Shown piece by piece: positions 8,811 through 15,974 of a DNA stretch of 23,085 nt. Below the pieces are notes generated by a model, which was not told where the DNA came from, ran no database searches, and was given only the letters and a program-made list of their open reading frames with translations. The DNA lies in contig JAJPHT010000049.1 of the NCBI GenBank assembly GCA_021325135.1, forward strand, positions 1 through 23,085, given 5' to 3'. Origin of the DNA: Pseudomonadota bacterium. GTDB lineage: Archaea; Thermoplasmatota; SW-10-69-26; JACQPN01; JAJPHT01. The position numbers were made by a program, and so were the translations under genes. Positions within the stretch are counted from its first letter, which is position 1; every line of letters starts with the position of its first letter.

Positions 8811-8923
8811 TGCGCCCCTTGCGGGAACCCGATCCGGGGCTTGCCCCGGAGAGGCCGGGAGGCAGGAGCGCAAGCTCCACCCTGGGCCGCCTCCCACCCA
8901 CGCCCCTTCGGTCCGCGGGCGCA
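8811..8923 (+). ncRNA. Candidate structured small RNA of unknown family
   Basis: Closing stem TGCGCCC/GGGCGCA, inner GCGG/CCGC and CCGA/TCGG pairs, hairpin TCCGGGG-CTTG-CCCCGGA, and stem GGGAGGC/GCCTCCC carrying GGAGC-GCAA-GCTCC. TATA-like box just upstream; no credible ORF. Confidence 0.5.
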
Positions 8924-9098
8924 CACCACGCGGAGCCATTCTTGTCAGGGGGTCCCCCGCGCGGTCCGCGCCTCGCTCGCGCGGGCCACCTTCCTTCCAC
9001 GCGGAGCGCCGCGGGCCGTTGATCCTTTCTCCGCCATCCTTCAGCCGGCGGTCCAACAACGCTTTATCTCCCTTCCCGGGTCGAGCGGCCGAGAAGCC

Positions 9099-10040
9099 AT
9101 GCTTCCCCGTCTCGTCGCCCTCGCGCTCGTGGCCGCGGCCCTCGCGGCCGGCTGCATCCAGCCCTCGGACCCCTCCGTCCAGGACTCGCCGCCCCCCAAC
9201 ACGCACAACTCGGGGGGCAACATGACGGCGAGCGAGCAGCGCACGGACTCCACCTGCGCGGGGAACGGCGGGGACAACGCCTTCTGCGCCTCGCGCACCG
9301 TCTCCGTCTCGGGCTCCCTCAGCGGCGTCGCCAAGATGGACGTCGACCTCAAGACGGTCAACGGCCACGTCAACGTCAAGCAGGGCGGCACGGGCTCGTG
9401 GAGCCTCGTCGCGGTGCTGAAGGCCTACGGCGCCACGCAGGAGGAGGCCAACGCGAACCTGGAGCGCGTCGTCTACACCTGGCGCCACACCGATGGCACG
9501 TCGCACTTCGTCCAGGCCGAGGCGCGCCAGCCCGACGACTGCCGCTGCAACGCGCAGGCCAGCATCGACGCGACGCTCCCCTCGGACGTCGTCATGGTGG
9601 TGACCACGGAGACGACCAACGGCGCCATCAACGTCCAGGGCAAGACCGACGGCCTCTCGGCGCAGTCCACCAACGGCGCCGTCTCCATCAACGCCGACGT
9701 GACGCAGGTCTCGCTGGAGACGACCAACGGGCAGATCGACGCGACGCTGCGCCCCACGGCCAGCGGCCGCATCGGCGCGGAGACCACCAACGGCCAGGTC
9801 CAGCTTCGCCTCCCCGAGGACGCGACGCACGGCTACGACGTCACGGGCCGCACGACCAACGGCGTCGTGGAGATCGGCCTCAAGGACGGCGACCTCGGCC
9901 CCTGCCCGCAGGGCTCGCAGTACTACACGCCCCCCTGCAACGAGCGCACGTTCAAGACGCACGGCTTCGACCAGCGCGCGATCCAGGAGATCGTGAGCGC
10001 GACGGGGACCAACGGCCGCATCGTCGTCGACGCCATGTGA
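9099..10040 (+). CDS. DUF4097 (adhesin-like beta-strand repeat) lipoprotein, paralog 1
   Basis: Signal peptide with lipobox LAAGC; seven x-T-x-NG repeats (e.g. ETTNG); L.LPED motif; TTTAT box at 9063-9067. Confidence 0.85.
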   Translation: MLPRLVALALVAAALAAGCIQPSDPSVQDSPPPNTHNSGGNMTASEQRTDSTCAGNGGDNAFCASRTVSVSGSLSGVAKMDVDLKTVNGHVNVKQGGTGSWSLVAVLKAYGATQEEANANLERVVYTWRHTDGTSHFVQAEARQPDDCRCNAQASIDATLPSDVVMVVTTETTNGAINVQGKTDGLSAQSTNGAVSINADVTQVSLETTNGQIDATLRPTASGRIGAETTNGQVQLRLPEDATHGYDVTGRTTNGVVEIGLKDGDLGPCPQGSQYYTPPCNERTFKTHGFDQRAIQEIVSATGTNGRIVVDAM

Positions 10041-10049
10041 GGTGGGATC

Positions 10050-11000
10050 GTGCGCGCCCTCCTTCCCCTCGTGGCCCTCGCCCTCCTCGCGGCCGGCTGC
10101 ATCCAGCCCGACGCGCCCTCCGCGACGGAGAAGGCCACCGGCTCGCCCCCCTCCAGCGCCACGGCCGCCATGACCGGCGAGGAGTCCAGCAAGGACTCCA
10201 CCATGCCCTGCCTGGAAGGCGTGGGCGTCAGCGGGACCGCCGTGCCCGGCGCCTTCTGCGCGGTCCGCACCGTCACCGTGAGCGGCACGATCTCGGGCAT
10301 CGCGGAGCTTCCCGTGGACCTCTCCACCTTCAACGGCCCCATCGCGGTGAAGGAGTCCAGCGAGGGCGCCTGGAGCCTCGTCGCGACCCTCACCGCCCGC
10401 GGCACGACGCCCGACGAGGCGACGGCGAATCTCGCCAACGTCTGGCTGGAGTGGGACCACGCGGACGGGGGCGCCCACCGCGTCCACGCTCGAGCCAAGG
10501 TCAACGGCTCCAACGACGGCGGCTACGCGGCCTCGCTCACGCTGGCGCTCCCGCCCTCCGTCGCGACGCGCCTCGCGGCCTCCGACGGCTCGGGCGGCAT
10601 CAGCGTGGAGGGGGGCAACGCCGAGGCGCTCTCCCTCTCCACCGGCTCGGGCGCCATCTCGGCGAAGACGCGCGTCGTCGACGCGACGCTCCACACCGGA
10701 AGCGGCTCCGTCGACGCGACGCTGACGCCCACCGCCGAGGGGAAGATCGCCGTCTCCACCGGCAGCGGCAGGGTGTCGCTCCGGCTCCCCGAGGACGCGG
10801 AGCGCGGCTACGCGCTCACGGCCTCCACGGGCAGCGGCTCCATCGACGTGGGCCTCAAGGACGGCGACCTCACGGCCTGCCCCCAGTACGGGCCGTGCAA
10901 CCACCGCGAGTTCCACACCAGCGGCTTCTCCTCGCGCGCGATCCGGTCCACCGTCTCCCTCTCCACGGGCAGCGGCGGCGTGTCCGTCCAGCCCGCGTAG
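10050..11000 (+). CDS. DUF4097 (adhesin-like beta-strand repeat) lipoprotein, paralog 2
   Basis: LAAGCIQP lipobox; STGSG repeats; colinear with paralog 1 (AFCA.RTV.VSG, WSLVA.L, LRLPEDA..GY, GLKDGDL..CPQ, PCN.R.F.T.GF); SD GAGGTG upstream. Confidence 0.85.
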   Translation: MRALLPLVALALLAAGCIQPDAPSATEKATGSPPSSATAAMTGEESSKDSTMPCLEGVGVSGTAVPGAFCAVRTVTVSGTISGIAELPVDLSTFNGPIAVKESSEGAWSLVATLTARGTTPDEATANLANVWLEWDHADGGAHRVHARAKVNGSNDGGYAASLTLALPPSVATRLAASDGSGGISVEGGNAEALSLSTGSGAISAKTRVVDATLHTGSGSVDATLTPTAEGKIAVSTGSGRVSLRLPEDAERGYALTASTGSGSIDVGLKDGDLTACPQYGPCNHREFHTSGFSSRAIRSTVSLSTGSGGVSVQPA

Positions 11001-11034
11001 ACGGCTATTTCCGTCCCCGCCGGGCTCCAGGCGC

Positions 11035-11118
11035 GTGACCCGCGTCTGCATCCGCACCGGCAGGGAGGATGGCAGACGGGCGGCGCCGCGGGGCCATCAG
11101 GAGGTGGCCCTCCGGTGA
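11035..11118 (+). other. Possible 27-codon upstream ORF beginning with a duplicate of the coaD start
   Basis: GTGACCCGCGTCTGCAT (11035-11051) versus GTGACGCGCGTCTGCAT (11115-11131), 16/17 identical. The ORF MTRVCIRTGREDGRRAAPRGHQEVALR ends in a TGA overlapping the coaD GTG. Confidence 0.45.
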
Positions 11119-12098
11119 CGCGCGTCTGCATGGGCGGGACGTTCGACGTGCTCCACCGCGGGCACCGCGCGCTCCTGGACGCCGCCTTCGCGGCCGGCGA
11201 CGAGGGCGTGAGCATCGGCGTCACCACCGACGCGTTCGCCAACGAGCGGCGCGCGCGCAAGGTCCACCCCTACGCGCAGCGCGTCGCGGCGCTGCGGAGC
11301 TTCCTCGCCGAGCGCGGCCATCTCCCCCGCGCGGAGATCCTCCCCATCGACCACCCGTTCGGCTTCGCCATGGAGCCGCGCTTCGACGCCATCGCCGCCA
11401 CCGAGGAGACGGTGGGCACGGCCGAGGCCATCAACCAGGAGCGCCGCGCCCGCGGCATGAAGGAGCTTCGCATCGTGCTGGCGCCCTACGTGCTGGCGGA
11501 CGACGCGCGCCCCATCAAGAGCACGCGCATCCGCAACGGCGAGCTGGACGCGCAGGGCCGCCTCACGCGCCCGGTGCGCGTCGCGGTGGGCTCCGACAAC
11601 CCCGTGAAGGTCGAGGCGACGAAGCTCGCCGCGCAGCGCCTCTACGGCGAGTGCGACGTGCGCGGCTTCCCCGTGCGCACGGGCGTCCCCGAGCAGCCCC
11701 GCGAGCGCGAGACGTGGGAGGGCGCGCTGGCCCGCGCGCGCGAAGCGCTGGTCGCGTGGCCCGAGGCGGACTTCGGCGTGGGCATCGAGGCCGGCGTGTT
11801 CGCGCTGGAGGAGGGGCTCATGGACGTGCAGGCGTGCGCGGTGGCCGACCGCATGGGGCGCGTCACCTACGGCCACGGCCCCGGCTTCGCGCACCCTCCC
11901 CCCGTGGCCTCCGCGCTGAAGGCGGGCCGCAGCGTGGGCGACGCGCTGGGCGAGATGAGCGGCGACCCGGACATCGGCCGCAAGGAGGGCGCGGTGGGCT
12001 GGCTCTCCCGGGGGCACGTCACGCGGACCGTGCTCACCGAGCCCGCCGTGATCATGGCGTTCCTGCCGCGGCTGCGGCCTGAGCTGTACGGGCTGTGA
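11115..12098 (+). CDS. coaD: Bifunctional phosphopantetheine adenylyltransferase / inosine-xanthosine triphosphatase (YjjX/DUF84) fusion
   Basis: N-terminal GGTFDVLHRGH, IGVTTD, EET...IN..R and IKSTRIRNGE (archaeal PPAT). C-terminal VAVGSDNPVK, GVPEQP, GVGIEAG and EGAVGWLS.G..TR (YjjX). SD GGAGGTG at 11100-11106. Confidence 0.92.
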   Translation: MTRVCMGGTFDVLHRGHRALLDAAFAAGDEGVSIGVTTDAFANERRARKVHPYAQRVAALRSFLAERGHLPRAEILPIDHPFGFAMEPRFDAIAATEETVGTAEAINQERRARGMKELRIVLAPYVLADDARPIKSTRIRNGELDAQGRLTRPVRVAVGSDNPVKVEATKLAAQRLYGECDVRGFPVRTGVPEQPRERETWEGALARAREALVAWPEADFGVGIEAGVFALEEGLMDVQACAVADRMGRVTYGHGPGFAHPPPVASALKAGRSVGDALGEMSGDPDIGRKEGAVGWLSRGHVTRTVLTEPAVIMAFLPRLRPELYGL

Positions 12099-12197
12099 GA
12101 TGTGTCCGGGGCCTCGCGGCTTTCACACGAATCCCCGACCGTCGGCCGTTACTCTTATCGCCGCTGCGGGCGTCTCGGGGCGCGGAGGATACTCCGT

Positions 12198-12404
12198 ATG
12201 TTGCGCACCACCCTGCTCTTGGTCACGCTGGCCTCGTTCGCCCTGCTCCTGGTCCCCGCCTCGCAGGCCCAGCCCCTTCCCAACTGCACCGTCCACTCGG
12301 CGAACGTCGTGCCCATCATCACCTACTATCCGGACACCGGCGACATCGGCATCGCCTGGAAGGGCCCCATCGTCGAGTGCGACAACGGCCTCACGCTGCC
12401 GTAG
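12198..12404 (+). CDS. Small secreted protein (68 aa, 2 Cys)
   Basis: Signal peptide MLRTTLLLVTLASFALLLVPASQA; GGAGG at 12184-12188; typical codon usage. Confidence 0.7.
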   Translation: MLRTTLLLVTLASFALLLVPASQAQPLPNCTVHSANVVPIITYYPDTGDIGIAWKGPIVECDNGLTLP

Positions 12405-12414
12405 CCCAGCGTCC

Positions 12415-12849
12415 TCAGCGGCGCCGCGCGAGCGCGAGGAGCACCGCGCCCGCGGCGCCCGCCCCGGCGAGGCCCATGGCGGCCGCGCTGGGGAAGAAGG
12501 GCACCTGCGTCGCCTGCACGTCCACGCTGCGCTCGCACGAGGACGCGACCACCGTGCCGCTGTGGTAGGCCACGACGTGGAATTGATAGCTTCCCGCGGC
12601 GAGCCCCGTAGCGGTGAAGTCGCGCGCGTCGCCGCTGAGCACGGGCGAGACGGCCGAGTCGTTGGCCGACCCCTGGTGTCCGACCACCTGATAGCCGTCC
12701 GCGCCGCCGAAGCCCGTCCAGTGGAACCGCACCTCGCCGGGGCCGTCCGCCGTCGCCATGAAGTCCAGCGGGCAGAAGTCGCCCTGCGCCTGGACGGCGG
12801 GCGCAAGGATCGTCGCGAGCAGGGCCAGCCCAAGGGGGGTCGCGCGCAT
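12415..12849 (-). CDS. Secreted single fibronectin type III domain protein with C-terminal VPFFP-TM-RRR tail
   Basis: Signal peptide; FN3 pattern V.F.W.....ADGYQV...FTATGLAAGSYQFHVVAY; C-terminus QVPFFPSAAAMGLAGAGAAGAVLLALARRR. Confidence 0.8.
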   Translation of the reverse strand: MRATPLGLALLATILAPAVQAQGDFCPLDFMATADGPGEVRFHWTGFGGADGYQVVGHQGSANDSAVSPVLSGDARDFTATGLAAGSYQFHVVAYHSGTVVASSCERSVDVQATQVPFFPSAAAMGLAGAGAAGAVLLALARRR

Positions 12850-13064
12850 GCCGCCCGGGCTGGGGGCCCCCTTCATTCCGTTCCTGGTACATGGGGCGGT
12901 GTGACGCTGGAGCCGCGAAAAAGGCCGTTTTGATGTCGTGAATCGCATCTAAGTCGTACCCATACGATATGACGTGGGCCCCGGTCACGAATCCCAAAGG
13001 TATTTCCTCTGCGTGGCGTAAGGACGACCCTCCACCTGGGCCCCGCGCCCGGGGGGTGTCCCTT

Positions 13065-14399
13065 GTGAAGCCCGAGATCCGCGTCCCCATCCCCGGCCCC
13101 AACGCGACCAAGGTCGTCGAGCGCGACCACCGCGCGCTGTTCACCACCACCAAGACGGCCCCCATCGTGGCCGCCAGCGCCAAGGGCGTCTGGGTCACCG
13201 ACGTGGACGGCAACCGCATCCTGGACTTCACCTCCGGCGTGGGCGTCGTGAACTGCGGCTACTCGCACCCCAAGATCGTGAAGGCCATCCAGGACCAGGC
13301 GGCGAAGCTCATCCACTTCGCGGGCACCGACTATTATTACGACTCGCAGGTGGACCTCGCCGAGCGCCTGACGCAGATCGTCCCCGGCCCGTGGGCCAAG
13401 AAGGTCTTCTACACCAACAGCGGCACCGAGTCCAACGAGGCCGCCATCAAGATCGTGAAGGCGCACCACCCGGACCGCCAGCAGTTCCTCGCCTTCCAGG
13501 GCGCCTTCCACGGACGCACCATGGGCAGCCTCGCGTTCACCGCCAGCAAGCCCGTGCAGAAGCGGGGCTTCTTCCCGTGGATGCCCGGCGTCACGCACGT
13601 CCCCTTCCCCAACCCGTACCGCAACGCGTGGGGCATCGACGGCTACGAGCACCCCGCGGAGCTGGCCAATCGCGCGCTGGACTGGATCGAGACGCTCTTC
13701 AGCACGAGCCTGCCCCCCGAGGACGTGGCGGGCCTCTGGTTCGAGCCCGTACAGGGCGAGGGCGGCTACGTCGTGCCCCCCAAGGAGTTCTACCCCAAGC
13801 TCGCGAAGCTCGCGCGCGACCACGGCATCCTCCTCGTCGCCGACGAGGTGCAGTCCGGCTTCGGGCGCACGGGCAGGATGTTCGCGCAGGAGCACTTCGG
13901 CGTCGCGGGTGATGTCACCTGCCTCGCCAAGGGCATCGCCAACGGCATGCCCATGGGCGCCGCCGTCGCCCGCGCGGACCTGGACTTCGACAAGAACGGC
14001 CGCCACAGCAACACCTACGGCGGCAACGTCCTGGCCACCACCGCAGGCCTCGCCACGCTGGACGTGCTCCAGGGCGAGGGGCTCGTGGAGAACAGCGCCC
14101 GCGTGGGCGAGCATCTCCACAAGCGCCTGCGCGAGCTTCAGCAGAAGCGCGAGGTCATCGGCGACGTGCGCGGCCTGGGCCTCATGCAGGCCATGGAGTT
14201 CGTCAAGGACCGCCGCACCAAGGCCGTCGACCCCGCGTTCAAGGACCGCGTCGTGGACGAGGCCATGAAGCGCGGGCTCGCGCTCCTCCAGTGCGGCAAG
14301 GCCGGCGTGCGGTGCATCCCGCCGCTGTGCATCACCGAGGCCGAGGTGGACGCGGGCGTCGAGGTGCTCGACCAGGCCATCCGCGCGGCCCTCGCGTGA
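13065..14399 (+). CDS. Class III PLP-dependent aminotransferase (4-aminobutyrate/acetylornithine aminotransferase family)
   Basis: DVDGNRILDF, NSGTESNEAAIK, AFHGRTMG, EPVQGEGG, ADEVQSGFGRTG, LAKG (PLP Lys), NTYGGN and DVRGLGLM. GTG at 13065 after GGGGTG. Substrate cannot be determined. Confidence 0.93.
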   Translation: MKPEIRVPIPGPNATKVVERDHRALFTTTKTAPIVAASAKGVWVTDVDGNRILDFTSGVGVVNCGYSHPKIVKAIQDQAAKLIHFAGTDYYYDSQVDLAERLTQIVPGPWAKKVFYTNSGTESNEAAIKIVKAHHPDRQQFLAFQGAFHGRTMGSLAFTASKPVQKRGFFPWMPGVTHVPFPNPYRNAWGIDGYEHPAELANRALDWIETLFSTSLPPEDVAGLWFEPVQGEGGYVVPPKEFYPKLAKLARDHGILLVADEVQSGFGRTGRMFAQEHFGVAGDVTCLAKGIANGMPMGAAVARADLDFDKNGRHSNTYGGNVLATTAGLATLDVLQGEGLVENSARVGEHLHKRLRELQQKREVIGDVRGLGLMQAMEFVKDRRTKAVDPAFKDRVVDEAMKRGLALLQCGKAGVRCIPPLCITEAEVDAGVEVLDQAIRAALA

Positions 14400-14402
14400 G
14401 GC

Positions 14403-15143
14403 TCAGAGCGTCACGCGGCACGCCGCCGTCGCGCCGCAGAGCGCCGTGACCTCGACGTAGCCGGTGACGTTGCTGGGCAGCGGGGTGCTGGTGCTGCCCA
14501 CCGTGGCCCACGGAAGCGTCTCCGGCGTGCCCGAGGGGTCGATGCCCCCCGGCGGCGTCGCGCAGAAGGGGCCCAGGACGCACACGGGCGCGGGCGCCGG
14601 CTCCACGGAGGGGAGGTCGACCTCCTTCCAGCCCGGCGTCACGGTGGGCGTCGGGACGCTGAAGGGTCCGTCGCGCACGTCCAGGCAGGCGTTGGTGAGC
14701 GCCGAGGGCTCGTGCTCGAAGCAGAGCGGGCCGTGGCACTCCACGGTGGCGTCGAACGAGACGGCCTTGACGCCCTGCACGTAGGCCTCCAGGTGCGCGG
14801 TGCCCGCGTCGCAGTCGATCCGGTCCACCACGATGGGCATGGTGTTGGGCGCGCAGGCGCCCACGCCGCCCGTCTCGTTGAACCGCACCTGGCCGTCGGA
14901 GCCCTGGACCTCCACGCCGTTGGCGCGGACCTCGAAGGAGGCCATGCGGGTGCCGGAGGAGTCGAGGGTGGCCTTCAGCGCCGCGGGCTCGTGGCCCACG
15001 CAGGTCGTCCCCCAGATGGAGACCCAGAGGTCCGCCGTGCCGGTGGCGTAGACGGGGTCGAAGGGGGTCGTCGCGTCGGCCCCGTGGAGCGCCAGGGGCG
15101 CGGCGAGGGCACTCAGGGCAAGCAGGATCGTGCGGTTCTTCAT
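14403..15143 (-). CDS. Secreted Cys-rich hypothetical protein (246 aa)
   Basis: MKNRTILLALSALAAPLA signal peptide; 10 Cys; beta-rich N-terminal half and Pro/Thr-rich C-terminal half. Confidence 0.75.
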   Translation of the reverse strand: MKNRTILLALSALAAPLALHGADATTPFDPVYATGTADLWVSIWGTTCVGHEPAALKATLDSSGTRMASFEVRANGVEVQGSDGQVRFNETGGVGACAPNTMPIVVDRIDCDAGTAHLEAYVQGVKAVSFDATVECHGPLCFEHEPSALTNACLDVRDGPFSVPTPTVTPGWKEVDLPSVEPAPAPVCVLGPFCATPPGGIDPSGTPETLPWATVGSTSTPLPSNVTGYVEVTALCGATAACRVTL

Positions 15144-15269
15144 GGGAATCTCTTCGGGCGGGGGGCCGCCGACGTCTCCATCCCCCGGGGGGACTTGGGC
15201 TTGGGCAAGCGTTCGCCTGCCTCGATCCGTCCGGCTTTATGCGAGCAGCGCCCGATGGCGCGGACCGCG

Positions 15270-15974
15270 ATGCCCGACGACTCCGAGGAGACGCACGAGG
15301 AGCTGGCCACCACGCTGGCCGCCCTGGCGAACGCCACGCGCCTCGCCATCCTCAAGGCCGTCGTCGTGCCGCGGCCGCTGCACCTCATCCGCGTGCGGAC
15401 GCTCTCGGAGCGCGGCGTGGAGGGCCCGCGCCTCGCCAGCCGCCAGGCGGTGAAGGAGCACCTGGACCGGCTCGTGCAGCACGGCATCGTCCACACGCGT
15501 GAGGGGGGGCAAGAGGGCGTGGAGTACGTGGTCAACCACCGCCGGCTCTTCCAGATCTCCGAGGAGGTGCGCGACCTCGCCTCGGTCCGCATGAGCGCGG
15601 ACGTGGTGGAGGAGCCCACCATCCCCGCGGCGCAGCCCGGCGGCGCGCGCCCCGAGCCCGGGCCGCGGCTCCTCCTGGTCAAGGGGCTGCGCGAAGGGCG
15701 GACCTTCGAGCTTGGCCACGTCGCGCCGGGGGAGCCCCTCGTCCTGGGGCGGCGCGACCGCTCCGAGGTGCCCCTCTCCTACGACCCCTACGTGTCGAGC
15801 CGCCACGCGCTGCTGGCGCGCCAGGGCGAGGGGTTCACGCTGGAGGTGGCGCCCGAGGCGACGAACCCGGCCTACGTCAACCTCGTGGCGCTCCAGCCCG
15901 GCGAGCCGCGGCCGCTGCGCCACGGCGACGTCATCCACCTGGGGCGGAGCGTCCTCGTGTTCTGGGAGCGATGA
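15270..15974 (+). CDS. ArsR-like winged-HTH plus C-terminal FHA domain transcriptional regulator
   Basis: LAALANATRLAIL...SRQAVKEHLDRLVQHGIV (wHTH); LVLGRR..DPYVSSRHA..ATNPAYVN..LRHGDVIHLG (FHA with G-R, S-x-x-H and N). TTTAT at 15236-15240 favours the ATG at 15270 (alternative 15255). Confidence 0.88.
   Translation: MPDDSEETHEELATTLAALANATRLAILKAVVVPRPLHLIRVRTLSERGVEGPRLASRQAVKEHLDRLVQHGIVHTREGGQEGVEYVVNHRRLFQISEEVRDLASVRMSADVVEEPTIPAAQPGGARPEPGPRLLLVKGLREGRTFELGHVAPGEPLVLGRRDRSEVPLSYDPYVSSRHALLARQGEGFTLEVAPEATNPAYVNLVALQPGEPRPLRHGDVIHLGRSVLVFWER

Noticed and set aside
8821-8860. Cobalamin riboswitch or 5S rRNA resemblance (GGGAACCCGATCC)
   Set aside because: Lacks the T-loop and B12-box elements and the 5S conserved loops; kept as an unknown RNA.
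12126-12995. 10-bp direct repeat CACGAATCCC (12126-12135 and 12986-12995) flanking two small secreted genes
   Set aside because: Too short to be significant in 23 kb, and there is no mobile gene or terminal repeat; it could be a TF site but is unsupported.
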